Shown here: positions 30,603 through 39,857 of the stretch, piece by piece
Position numbering within the stretch: the first letter of the stretch is position 1
Layout of the letters: every line of letters begins with the position of its first letter
Origin: a virus
Taxonomy: Duplodnaviria > Caudoviricetes
Strand: one strand, 5' to 3'
Length of the DNA stretch: 64,000 bases
Virus record (IMG/VR): IMGVR_UViG_2558309013_000001
Coordinates: 6,779-70,778 of that record
Notes under the pieces: model-generated
What the model saw: the letters and a program-made list of their open reading frames with translations, nothing else
Database searches by the model: none
What the model was told of the DNA's origin: nothing
Program-made: the position numbers and the translations under genes

Positions 30603-30650
30603 GTCGGAGGTCGCTAGACAGGCGGACTTCGATGCTTTCTGATTGACTTT
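30599..30650 (+). repeat. Third copy of the gpT 3' end plus promoter -35
   Basis: GCTGGTCGGAGGTCGCTAGACAGGCGGACTTCGATGCTTTCTGATTGACTTT near-identical to 28729-28780. Confidence 0.85.
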
Positions 30651-30732
30651 TTCTTCCTTCTGTGTTATAATTCTGTTGTGAAGGAAACATGAAGCTTCCT
30701 TCGCTAAATCGGAATTTGTGGAGGGGTAGGAT

Positions 30733-31026
30733 ATGAAAAAAACAAATGTTAAGCTGATACTTTCATTTATAGCTTTTTTAGTTGTGAATCTTTGGCTTGT
30801 GTTTAAGGGGGCTGCGAAAGGAAGCGCTGATTTTTTCATATCTCCGACAGTAGAGGAAACCATACTATTTATTCTTTTACAACTATCGGTCATTGTTGTC
30901 TACTTTATTCGTCCCCTTACTGTAAAAAAGTCAAAAATAATCTACTGGTGTGTTTCCGAAATGTTTGTTCTGGTTACTGTTTTCTTTTGGGGGATATTTA
31001 TCGTTGGACCTATATGGTTTCAATAA
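30733..31026 (+). CDS. Cassette cargo: small membrane protein (3 TM)
   Basis: Three hydrophobic stretches; promoter TTGACT-17-TATAAT at 30643-30671; flanked by 15-bp inverted repeats. Confidence 0.75.
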   Translation: MKKTNVKLILSFIAFLVVNLWLVFKGAAKGSADFFISPTVEETILFILLQLSVIVVYFIRPLTVKKSKIIYWCVSEMFVLVTVFFWGIFIVGPIWFQ

Positions 31027-31117
31027 TATAAATTCTGATTTAGCTTAGTAACTGAATATACACTGAGCAGTCCTTCGGGGCTGCTTTTTTCATGCCCCAA
31101 TGAGGAGGTGAAACCGT

Positions 31118-34100
31118 ATGGCAAACAGAATCAAGGGCATCACCGTTGAGATCGGCGGCGATACCACCAAGCTGTCGAAGGCGCTGGAAGGTGTCAATAA
31201 GAATATCAAAAACACGCAGACGCAGCTCAAAGATGTGGAAAAGCTGCTGAAGCTCGACCCGACCAATACGGAACTGCTGTCGCAGAAGCATAAGCTCCTC
31301 GCTGATGCGGTGAAGGCTACCAAAGAAAAGCTGGAAACCCTGAAAACAGCAGCAGAGCAAGCAAATCAGGCTCTCGCCAACGGCGACATCTCACAGGAGC
31401 AGTACGATGCCCTGCAGCGTGAGATCATCGAGACAGAACAGGAACTGCAGAACCTCCAGCGTGAAGCGGAGGCTTCCAGCACTGCGCTTGCAAAGCTCGG
31501 TCAGGCGGGAGAAATGCTTGAAAAAGCCGGTGACAAAATCGCCGATGTCGGAACGACACTGACCACTCATGTGACCGTTCCCGTCATGGCTGCCGGAACT
31601 GCTGCTGTGAAGACGGCTGCGGATTTCGATTCTGCTATGTCGAAGGTCGCTGCTGTATCCGGTGCGACTGGTGATGAACTTGACGCACTCCGGGATAAGG
31701 CTCGTGAGATGGGCGCAAAGACCAAGTTTTCCGCTTCCGAGGCTGCCGATGCCATGAACTATATGGCGATGGCGGGCTGGAAAACCGGAGATATGCTGGA
31801 GGGTATCGAGGGCATCATGAATCTCGCTGCTGCTTCCGGTGAGGACTTGGCGATAACCTCGGATATTGTAACAGACGCTCTGACCGCTTTCGGCTTATCT
31901 GCTGCCGACAGCGGTCATTTTGCTGATGTGCTGGCTGCGGCATCGTCCAACGCTAATACCAATGTGTCTATGATGGGCGAAACCTTCAAATACTGTGCGC
32001 CAGTTGCTGGTGCGTTGGGATTCTCCTGCGAGGATACAGCAGAGGCAATCGGCCTGATGGCAAACAGCGGTATAAAGGGTTCTCAGGCAGGTACGGCTCT
32101 CCGATCCATGATGAACGCTCTCGCAGGAGAAGTCAAGTTCTGCGGTGAGTCTTTCGGTGAAATCGAAATTGCAACTACCAATACCGACGGTTCGATGCGT
32201 GAATTGAATGACATCCTGGCGGACTGCCGTGTGGCTTTTGCACAGATGTCTGAATCGGAACAGGCATCGGCAGCGCAGGCTCTGGTCGGAAAGAATGCGA
32301 TGTCCGGTTTCCTTGCACTCATGAAAGCTGCACCTTCGGATATTCAGAAGCTGGAAGGTGCGATCAGCACCTGTTCCGATGAGATTGACGGCTATAACGG
32401 TGTCACGGAAAAGATGGCTGCAGTTATGCAGGATAACCTTGGAGGACAGCTTACCATACTGAAATCACAGCTACAGGAGCTTGCCATTTCCTTCGGTGAA
32501 ATCCTGATGCCTGCAATCCGTGCAATCGTCAGCAAGATTCAGGGGCTTATCGATAAATTCAACGGGCTGTCGCCTGCGACAAAGGAAACCATTGTTAAGG
32601 TCGCACTTATCGCAGCTGCACTGGGACCGCTTCTGATTGTCGTCGGTAAAACTATAGGTACCGTCGGTAAGCTGATGCAGTTTGTTTCAAATATCCCCAC
32701 TATTATAGCAGGTGCCAAAACAGCTTTTTCAACATTTGGTGCTGCCATAGGCGGTATCAGTGCTCCAGTAATATCTGTTGTAGCGGTGATAGGTACGTTA
32801 GTCGCCGCATTTACTCACCTATGGAAAACAAATGAAGAATTCAGAAACAACATAACTGCAATATGGACTCAGATAAAGGATACATTCCATAACTTCACAC
32901 AAGGTATAGTTGACAGACTTAATGCACTGGGATTTAACTTCAAAAACATATCCGAGGTAATTAAAGCAATCTGGGACGGACTATGTAAGTTCCTGAAACC
33001 TCTGTTTGAAGGCGTATTTAAAGAAATTGCCGATGTATTCAAATTCATAACAGACACCATTCTCAGCATACTTGATATATTCATCGGTATCTTTACCGGC
33101 GACTGGAGCAGAGTCTGGGAAGGTATAAAGGGGATATTTACAGGTATCTGGGACTTCATAGTATCTACCATAAAGAACGTTTTCAATACGCTCGACAAGA
33201 TATTCGGTGGAGCACTCAGTAAAATCAAGGATGTTGTGGTAAATGTCCTTACAGCCATAAAGAATTTCTTTGTAAATATCTGGACAGCTATCAGTAACAA
33301 GGTCAAGGAGAAAGTCGAGTTCATTAAGCTCGTTATAACTACTGTCTGGAATGCTATTCACTCTGTCATCAGTACAGTTCTCAATGCGATAAAGGATGTC
33401 ATAAGCAAGGTATGGAACTCCATTTACAGCGTTGTTTCTCCAATCCTTAACGCGATAAAGACTGTAGTTGAAACTGTGTTCAACGTAATTCATACCATTG
33501 TAAGCGCTGTTATGGATTGGATTCACCAACATATAACTGAAAAGCTGGAGATTATCAAGGCTGTTTTTACAATCGTATTTGATGCCATAAAGAACACCGT
33601 AGGAGCAGTATTTGACGCTATCCACTCAGTTATCAGCAGCGTCATGGACTGGATTCATGATAATATATCCGAGAAGCTCGAAATGATAAAAGCTGTATTT
33701 ACAATTGTATTCGAAACAATTAAAAATACGGTAGAAACGGTATGGAATGCGATATCTACAGTTATATCCACTGTAGTCGATGCGATCTCAAATGCCATAT
33801 CAAGTGCGTGGAACTTCATTGTAGATCATATAAAAAATACACTTGATACGATAAAGGCTGTTGTTACTACAGTCTGGAATGCTATTAGCGACTTTATATC
33901 CGGAATTGTAAATACAATCAAGTCAGTTATCTCGAATGTATGGAATGCAATAAAAGACACGGTCACAAACATCATGAATGCAATAAAAAATACTGTCTCC
34001 AATATATGGAACAGTATCAAATCGGCAATATCTTCAACTATTGGCGGTATCAAGGATACCATCGTTAACGGTTTCAACAAAGCTGTAGACTTTGTTAAGA

Positions 34101-34564
34101 ACCTTGGAAAAGAGGCTTGGCAGTGGGGCGCAGATATAATCAACGGTATTGTTGACGGTATCAAGAGCTGTATAGGCAAAGTTGGTGACGCAGTTAAGAG
34201 TGTTGCCGATAAGATAAAGTCCTTCCTGCATTTCTCAGTACCGGATGAAGGTCCTCTTACTGACTTTGAGAGCTGGATGCCGGACTTCATGAAGGGGCTG
34301 GCAAAGGGCATCAATAAGAGCAAGAAGTATGTCGAGGCGGCTGTATCCGGTGTGGCTGATGCCATGACGCTGACGATGCAGTCCGGGCTGAATGTCGATA
34401 TGGACGGCATCTCCGGTGCGATGATGAACGGCGGCAGCGGCGGTGTGGTCAATAACTACTACAACAACGACAACAGCCGCACAGTGAATCAGACAAACAA
34501 TAGTCCGAAATCGCTGTCACGGCTGGAGATTTATCGTATGACGCGCAATGCGCTGAATGTGTGA
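31118..34564 (+). CDS. Tail tape measure protein
   Basis: TP901-type core (MGAKTKFSASEAA.AM.YMAMAGW); 11-residue W/F-periodic repeats; FLHFSVPDEGPL. Confidence 0.95.
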   Translation: MANRIKGITVEIGGDTTKLSKALEGVNKNIKNTQTQLKDVEKLLKLDPTNTELLSQKHKLLADAVKATKEKLETLKTAAEQANQALANGDISQEQYDALQREIIETEQELQNLQREAEASSTALAKLGQAGEMLEKAGDKIADVGTTLTTHVTVPVMAAGTAAVKTAADFDSAMSKVAAVSGATGDELDALRDKAREMGAKTKFSASEAADAMNYMAMAGWKTGDMLEGIEGIMNLAAASGEDLAITSDIVTDALTAFGLSAADSGHFADVLAAASSNANTNVSMMGETFKYCAPVAGALGFSCEDTAEAIGLMANSGIKGSQAGTALRSMMNALAGEVKFCGESFGEIEIATTNTDGSMRELNDILADCRVAFAQMSESEQASAAQALVGKNAMSGFLALMKAAPSDIQKLEGAISTCSDEIDGYNGVTEKMAAVMQDNLGGQLTILKSQLQELAISFGEILMPAIRAIVSKIQGLIDKFNGLSPATKETIVKVALIAAALGPLLIVVGKTIGTVGKLMQFVSNIPTIIAGAKTAFSTFGAAIGGISAPVISVVAVIGTLVAAFTHLWKTNEEFRNNITAIWTQIKDTFHNFTQGIVDRLNALGFNFKNISEVIKAIWDGLCKFLKPLFEGVFKEIADVFKFITDTILSILDIFIGIFTGDWSRVWEGIKGIFTGIWDFIVSTIKNVFNTLDKIFGGALSKIKDVVVNVLTAIKNFFVNIWTAISNKVKEKVEFIKLVITTVWNAIHSVISTVLNAIKDVISKVWNSIYSVVSPILNAIKTVVETVFNVIHTIVSAVMDWIHQHITEKLEIIKAVFTIVFDAIKNTVGAVFDAIHSVISSVMDWIHDNISEKLEMIKAVFTIVFETIKNTVETVWNAISTVISTVVDAISNAISSAWNFIVDHIKNTLDTIKAVVTTVWNAISDFISGIVNTIKSVISNVWNAIKDTVTNIMNAIKNTVSNIWNSIKSAISSTIGGIKDTIVNGFNKAVDFVKNLGKEAWQWGADIINGIVDGIKSCIGKVGDAVKSVADKIKSFLHFSVPDEGPLTDFESWMPDFMKGLAKGINKSKKYVEAAVSGVADAMTLTMQSGLNVDMDGISGAMMNGGSGGVVNNYYNNDNSRTVNQTNNSPKSLSRLEIYRMTRNALNV

Positions 34565-34609
34565 TGGGGGATTTTCCAGCCCCATTACTGCGGTAAATCA
34601 GAATTTGTA

Positions 34610-35023
34610 TCACAGAACCATCAGCAATGTTCCGGCTCCAATCAGGATACACCCTATCACTGACTTAAAAGTAAATTCTTCATGCAGAAAAACAAACGCC
34701 AGTATCAGCGTAATGACAACGGACAACTTATCAATCGGGACGACTTTTGAAGCGTCTCCCATCTGCAAGGCCTTGTAATAGCAAAGCCATGAGGCACCAG
34801 TAGCAAGGCCGGACAGAATCAGGAAAACCCAACATTTCTGGCTAATGTCTTTTATTCCGGCTTGCTGATGAGTAATAAATACCATTCCCCATGCCATGAT
34901 AACAACAACCATCGTACGGATCGCAGTAGCCAGATTCGATCCGACACCTTCAATTCCTATCTTTGCCAATATTGATGTCAGTGCGGCAAAGATTGCCGAA
35001 CCAAGCGCTAATAAAAACCACAT
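34610..35023 (-). CDS. Cassette cargo: EamA/DMT family small transporter
   Basis: FAALTSILAKIG, ATAIRT, SWLCYYKALQ.G.ASKV.PIDKLSV; flanked by 14-bp inverted repeats. Confidence 0.9.
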   Translation of the reverse strand: MWFLLALGSAIFAALTSILAKIGIEGVGSNLATAIRTMVVVIMAWGMVFITHQQAGIKDISQKCWVFLILSGLATGASWLCYYKALQMGDASKVVPIDKLSVVITLILAFVFLHEEFTFKSVIGCILIGAGTLLMVL

Positions 35024-35121
35024 AGTGATACTCCTTCAAATTCCGATTTAGCGCAGAGAGCCCGCGCTCCGTTTTTTCTATTATACCACACTCAAACCTA
35101 AAAAGTAAAGGTGATGCAACC

Positions 35122-35979
35122 ATGTTTTTTACACTTATTCTTGAAAATGCCAACGGCGATCGCATCGACATGACAACGACCGCCAACCAATATATGACCT
35201 CTCAGATAGAGGGCTTGTCGCCTCCGCCCGGAACTATCAGCACCTCATCCTACGCAGGCATGGACGGCAGCCACCTGAACAATGCCTTCATTGAGAAGCG
35301 GAATGTAGTAATTCACTTTGAGATGCGTGGTATTGATATAGAAGCTCGTCGTCACCAGCTATACAACGTAGTAAAGCCTTCTAGATATATAAAGATCTAC
35401 TATAAAACCGCAGGCATTGAAGTGTATACCGAAGGCTACGTCGAGACATGCGAGGTCAGTAATTTTGAACAGCTTACAACGGGACAGATCTCCGTTCTCT
35501 GCCCCGATATTTATTGGTACTCAACAAAGCCGGTCATAGCTCAATACAGCCATATTGTCGGTGCATTTACCTTTTCGTTTCCTTCTGAAACAAATCCTCA
35601 GCCTTTTGTGCTGGGTAAATACAACAGGGATAATACTATGAATATTGTCAACGAAGGCGATGAGACCGGCTTTACGCTGGTTATTGAAGCTACTGCAGAC
35701 GCACGGTCTCCCACACTGTATAACGCAGACACGGATGAGTACTTGCAGATCACAGGCGATATCCTAGCAGGCGATGTTATCACAGTCACAACCAAGACGG
35801 GCAATAAGACCGTAACTCTTGATCGCGGTGGTGTTAAGAGTAATATCATCAACAGGCTTGTTTCAGGCTCGACATGGCTTACTCTGCGTGAAGGAAACAA
35901 TCGTTTCTTTCTCCAAGGAACAGGACTTGAAAACCTGAAAGTAAGAATTATCCACACAAATGCTTATCTGGGGGTGTAG
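35122..35979 (+). CDS. Distal tail (Dit)-type phage tail protein
   Basis: I.GL.PP, DG......RN, CPD.YWY, N.GD..TG, L..G.N; follows tape measure. Confidence 0.8.
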   Translation: MFFTLILENANGDRIDMTTTANQYMTSQIEGLSPPPGTISTSSYAGMDGSHLNNAFIEKRNVVIHFEMRGIDIEARRHQLYNVVKPSRYIKIYYKTAGIEVYTEGYVETCEVSNFEQLTTGQISVLCPDIYWYSTKPVIAQYSHIVGAFTFSFPSETNPQPFVLGKYNRDNTMNIVNEGDETGFTLVIEATADARSPTLYNADTDEYLQITGDILAGDVITVTTKTGNKTVTLDRGGVKSNIINRLVSGSTWLTLREGNNRFFLQGTGLENLKVRIIHTNAYLGV

Positions 35980-35980
35980 C

Positions 35981-37099
35981 ATGCAGATTGAGATTTACAA
36001 TATGCAACCCGATGGCGATTCACTCGTTATTACCCTTGAAGCCATATGCGACAGCTTTTCCTCTCTTATATGGGACGTTGAATACTATAAATGTGGCAGC
36101 TTTGAGGTATATATAGCAGCAAGTCCATTGAATATAAGCATCTTCAGGACTGGACGCATTGTAGGGCGCGATGATGATAAAGAGCACTTCGGCATCATTG
36201 AGTCGGTGCAGATAGACACGGATACCGAGAACGGCGACTACCTTACAGTACGCGGACGTTTCCTAATGTGCCTGCTTGAACGGCGAATCATTCATCCAAC
36301 ACTAAGTATAACGAAGACGACGGCATACAGCGAAATCGTACGATCTTCGGTTACACTTAATGTGATACAGAATAATAATCGACGTATTCCGGGACTATCA
36401 CTTGGAACAGTCTCAGGTACTTGTTGGGAGCAGGCGGCTACACTGCAGGTATCATACGCCAATCTTATGGAATGGGTGTATACGATCTGTGAGAAGATCG
36501 GAGGAACAGCAAATATCCGGCTTGTGAAGGATACCGGAGAGCTGTACCGCATGGTATTTGACCTATCTGAAGGCAGCGACCGCAGCATAATGCAGGAGAA
36601 TAATCCTCATATTATCTTCTCCGATACATACAGCAATCTTCTGTCATTCAGCTATGCAGAGGATGCTTCTGTTGAACGCAATTTCGCATATATCTTCGGT
36701 CAGGGCAAGGGCGATGAACGTAAACGGACCACTTACTATAACGGTGACGAGCCTTCATATCTTTCCCGATATGAGGTGTATGTGGATGCGGATGATATCT
36801 CTGAAACAGAAGATGTTGATGGAGAAACAGTGCCTATACCTGAAGATAAATATATTGAACTGCTTAAAACAAGAGGCTCGGAACAGCTGGTACAGCCTAA
36901 AACGGTATCAGAATCCGAAATAGCTGCTAATAATTCGCAGTATCAGTATAACAAGGATTATGCTGTCGGCGACTATGTGACCGTGCAGCATAAACGTTTC
37001 GGTATGATTAAGCCGAAAATACAATTAATAGGTATGATAGAGTGCTTTGACTGCAATGGTCGTAGCCTCACACCTACATTCAAAAAGGAGGAACAATAA
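35981..37099 (+). CDS. Baseplate/tail protein (ReqiPepy6 Gp37-like)
   Basis: SLIW...Y..CG.FE, GQG.G..R, RYE.YVDA.DI, Y..DY.VGD.VTV. Confidence 0.8.
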   Translation: MQIEIYNMQPDGDSLVITLEAICDSFSSLIWDVEYYKCGSFEVYIAASPLNISIFRTGRIVGRDDDKEHFGIIESVQIDTDTENGDYLTVRGRFLMCLLERRIIHPTLSITKTTAYSEIVRSSVTLNVIQNNNRRIPGLSLGTVSGTCWEQAATLQVSYANLMEWVYTICEKIGGTANIRLVKDTGELYRMVFDLSEGSDRSIMQENNPHIIFSDTYSNLLSFSYAEDASVERNFAYIFGQGKGDERKRTTYYNGDEPSYLSRYEVYVDADDISETEDVDGETVPIPEDKYIELLKTRGSEQLVQPKTVSESEIAANNSQYQYNKDYAVGDYVTVQHKRFGMIKPKIQLIGMIECFDCNGRSLTPTFKKEEQ

Positions 37100-38496
37100 T
37101 GGCTTTTTACAGCGGATTCTTTAATTCAAATGGCTTTGACAGAACATATACAGCAGAGGACTTTACAGCATATCTGTCAAGTATTATCTGCAATGGCATA
37201 CTTGACACCTACGGCAGTAACTTCAGTCTGACGCCTGCGTCAGGCCTGAAGGTAGCTTTAGGTACAGGAAAGGCATGGATAGACGGTCATTACTTCATTA
37301 ATGACGCAGAATATACCATTGACCTGAGTCAGTATCAGGATGAGTCCCTTCCGCGATTTGTGGCTGTTTCTATTCTGTGTGATATTTCTGAATCTGTCAG
37401 AGCTGTATCTCTTGAGGTAGTACCGGGAACACCTGCAGAATTACCTGCCCTACCTAATTTTGATGCAGAACGGAATAAGACAAGGTTATTGCTGTATGCT
37501 GTAAGGATAGCTCCAGAAGCTATAGCATTAACGGCGCAGGATATTCTGGATTATCGTGACGATAACAATGTGTGCGGTTACTGCAGGTGCATACTGGGTA
37601 AATGCAAGGTTACAGATATGCAGGCTCAGATAGCGCAGCTCATAGCAGAAATGCAAGGATACAACGGAAAAATAAATGCGCTTGAAAATACAGTAATCGA
37701 GCTTAATGCCAAGGTAAATAACTTCTCAGGAGATATAGTCGGGTATGGTAAATGCGGCGATGATGTACATTATGCTTTATTCTCAGGCGGAACATTGCTG
37801 CTCAGCGGTTCAGGTGATATGTATGATTATGAAAGTGATAATAATCCGGATGCCAATTTATCGCCGTTTTTTAATCGTAATGATATAAAGTCGGTTGTTA
37901 TCTCTGATGGTATTACTTCTGTCGGTACCTTTGCCTTTACATTCTGTGATGAACTCAAAAATGTATCCCTGCCTAACAGCCTGACACGTATAGGCAGAAA
38001 CGGCTTTATGCCGCATATAGACGAGTATGTTGAGCATCATGTGCTTAATGGTCTGACAGCTCTTACACTGCCGCCAGATATCTCAGAACTTGGCAGGTAT
38101 GCATTCAGCGGTACAGCTATAACAGCTCTTCTTGTCCCTGCTACTGTAACAAATGTGAGTATTGAAGTGTTCAGCGGCTGTCAGGCTCTTGAAACCGTCC
38201 GTTATGAAGGCAGAATCATAGGAGACAGAATGTTTGCTTCATGTACTGCACTTCGGGAGTTCACTATTGCCGCAACTGTAGAGGAAATATCTGCAGGCAG
38301 CTTCAACTACTGTGATAATCTTGAACTTATTACATACGAAGGAAGCCTTGAGGCATGGGCTGCAATACGCAAATCAAGCGGCTGGGATGGCCATAGCGGT
38401 AATACAGGAAACAAAGGCCTTAAAAAGATACAGTGTATCGACGGATATATGGAATACGACTTTGAAAGCAGAGAATGGAGGGAGGTACATAACTGA
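37099..38496 (+). CDS. Baseplate protein fused to BspA-type leucine-rich repeats
   Basis: GFFNS...DR.Y.A and GKAWIDGH N-domain; G.L..SG.G.M.DY, I.DGITSVG..AF..C..L..V.LP.SL..IG repeats. Confidence 0.8.
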   Translation: MAFYSGFFNSNGFDRTYTAEDFTAYLSSIICNGILDTYGSNFSLTPASGLKVALGTGKAWIDGHYFINDAEYTIDLSQYQDESLPRFVAVSILCDISESVRAVSLEVVPGTPAELPALPNFDAERNKTRLLLYAVRIAPEAIALTAQDILDYRDDNNVCGYCRCILGKCKVTDMQAQIAQLIAEMQGYNGKINALENTVIELNAKVNNFSGDIVGYGKCGDDVHYALFSGGTLLLSGSGDMYDYESDNNPDANLSPFFNRNDIKSVVISDGITSVGTFAFTFCDELKNVSLPNSLTRIGRNGFMPHIDEYVEHHVLNGLTALTLPPDISELGRYAFSGTAITALLVPATVTNVSIEVFSGCQALETVRYEGRIIGDRMFASCTALREFTIAATVEEISAGSFNYCDNLELITYEGSLEAWAAIRKSSGWDGHSGNTGNKGLKKIQCIDGYMEYDFESREWREVHN

Positions 38497-39857
38497 TGTG
38501 GAAATTCCTTGTAAGGAACCAGAGTATAGAAGTTCTTGAACGTGAAGTGCTTGCAGACCACCAGATCAGGTATGTCCAGTTTAAATTCACCTTTGAAGGC
38601 GACTGGAAGCGGTTCCATAAGGTAGCGCAGTTCAGTCAGGGAGACGATACATACAGTATTGTTCTCGGATATGACGGGACAAGCTGTTATCTCCCTGCAG
38701 AGCTTCATGCAGGTGCTGTAAAAATGTCTCTGTTCGGTTATGACGCGGAAAGTGATACTACCGTCCGTGCAACCACTGTTCCTGTAACACTTAATATTCG
38801 CTCCTCTGGATTTACAGGCGATGATGATATTCCTATACCGCCGACACCTGACCTGTACGTTCAGTTGCTTCAGCAGATAAGGCAAATGAATACTGGCACA
38901 GCAGGTCAGTCTGCATATGAACTGGCAGTTCAGGAAGGCTTTACCGGATCACTGTCTGAATGGCTGCAAAGTCTGCACGGCAAAGACGGAGCTGACGGTA
39001 AGAATGGAGCTGACGGCAGAGATGGTATTGATGGTAAAGACGGACGAGACGGAACTGATGGTACAAACGGTCGTGACGGCATAAATGGCATAGACGGAAA
39101 GGACGGCAGGGACGGTATCGATGGTAAGGACGGCATATCGCCTGATATATCAGAAATAACCGCAATAGTCCGGCAGATGATAGAGCAGCTGCCGGATAAT
39201 GGACATTCACATAATAACAAGGCCTTACTTGATGCAATCACCGCCAGCTATACTACAGAGGAACGTCAGGGTATCCAGAATACACTTGCCTCTCTGCAGG
39301 CTCAGATAGATAATCTGCATGCAATCGATAGCTCAGTAACGCTGTTTAAATCCGGTAATACAGCTCTATCTGAATACGGTGAAAAGCTTTATACCTTCTA
39401 TGTTGACGGCTACCGCTCTCTTTCAGGCTTTGCAGATACATACCATAATTTCTGCAGCCAAGAAAACGACTATGCCATTTCATATAACCAGCCGGACTTC
39501 AACTGGGGAGCTGAGATATACACCATGTGTATAACGCCTGTGAGAATGTCAGCTTCGTCGAACGTACTGTTCAGCTATAAATGCGGCTTCAATGAAGACG
39601 GAGAAGTGTGGCTTGTACGAAAAGCGAGTACTGAGCTTTCTGCAGCAGAAACAGCCAGATATATTCACGAACAGATCATAAATGGCAGTGCTATATCAAT
39701 ACCATTCAGATGGCTGCAATCCGAAGACAGATATATTACGGTGCTGCTTTCAAGAGAAGACTTATCTGCCGATGAGTATTATCTTGCATGGAAGGCAGTT
39801 ACTGATAATACACATCCGCATATCAGACTCATAAAAATACTGGAGGTGACAACATGA
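38496..39857 (+). CDS. Tail fibre/upper baseplate protein with collagen-like repeats
   Basis: F.F..DW N-domain, PPTPDLY.QLL, G.SAYE.AV..GF.G...EWL.SL.G, 18 G-x-D/N triplets. Confidence 0.8.
   Translation: MWKFLVRNQSIEVLEREVLADHQIRYVQFKFTFEGDWKRFHKVAQFSQGDDTYSIVLGYDGTSCYLPAELHAGAVKMSLFGYDAESDTTVRATTVPVTLNIRSSGFTGDDDIPIPPTPDLYVQLLQQIRQMNTGTAGQSAYELAVQEGFTGSLSEWLQSLHGKDGADGKNGADGRDGIDGKDGRDGTDGTNGRDGINGIDGKDGRDGIDGKDGISPDISEITAIVRQMIEQLPDNGHSHNNKALLDAITASYTTEERQGIQNTLASLQAQIDNLHAIDSSVTLFKSGNTALSEYGEKLYTFYVDGYRSLSGFADTYHNFCSQENDYAISYNQPDFNWGAEIYTMCITPVRMSASSNVLFSYKCGFNEDGEVWLVRKASTELSAAETARYIHEQIINGSAISIPFRWLQSEDRYITVLLSREDLSADEYYLAWKAVTDNTHPHIRLIKILEVTT

Noticed and set aside
38978-39135. 9-bp periodic repeats
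   Set aside because: Explained by the collagen-like G-x-D coding repeats
37099-39857. Diversity-generating retroelement acting on tail fibres
   Set aside because: No reverse transcriptase and no template/variable repeat pair seen
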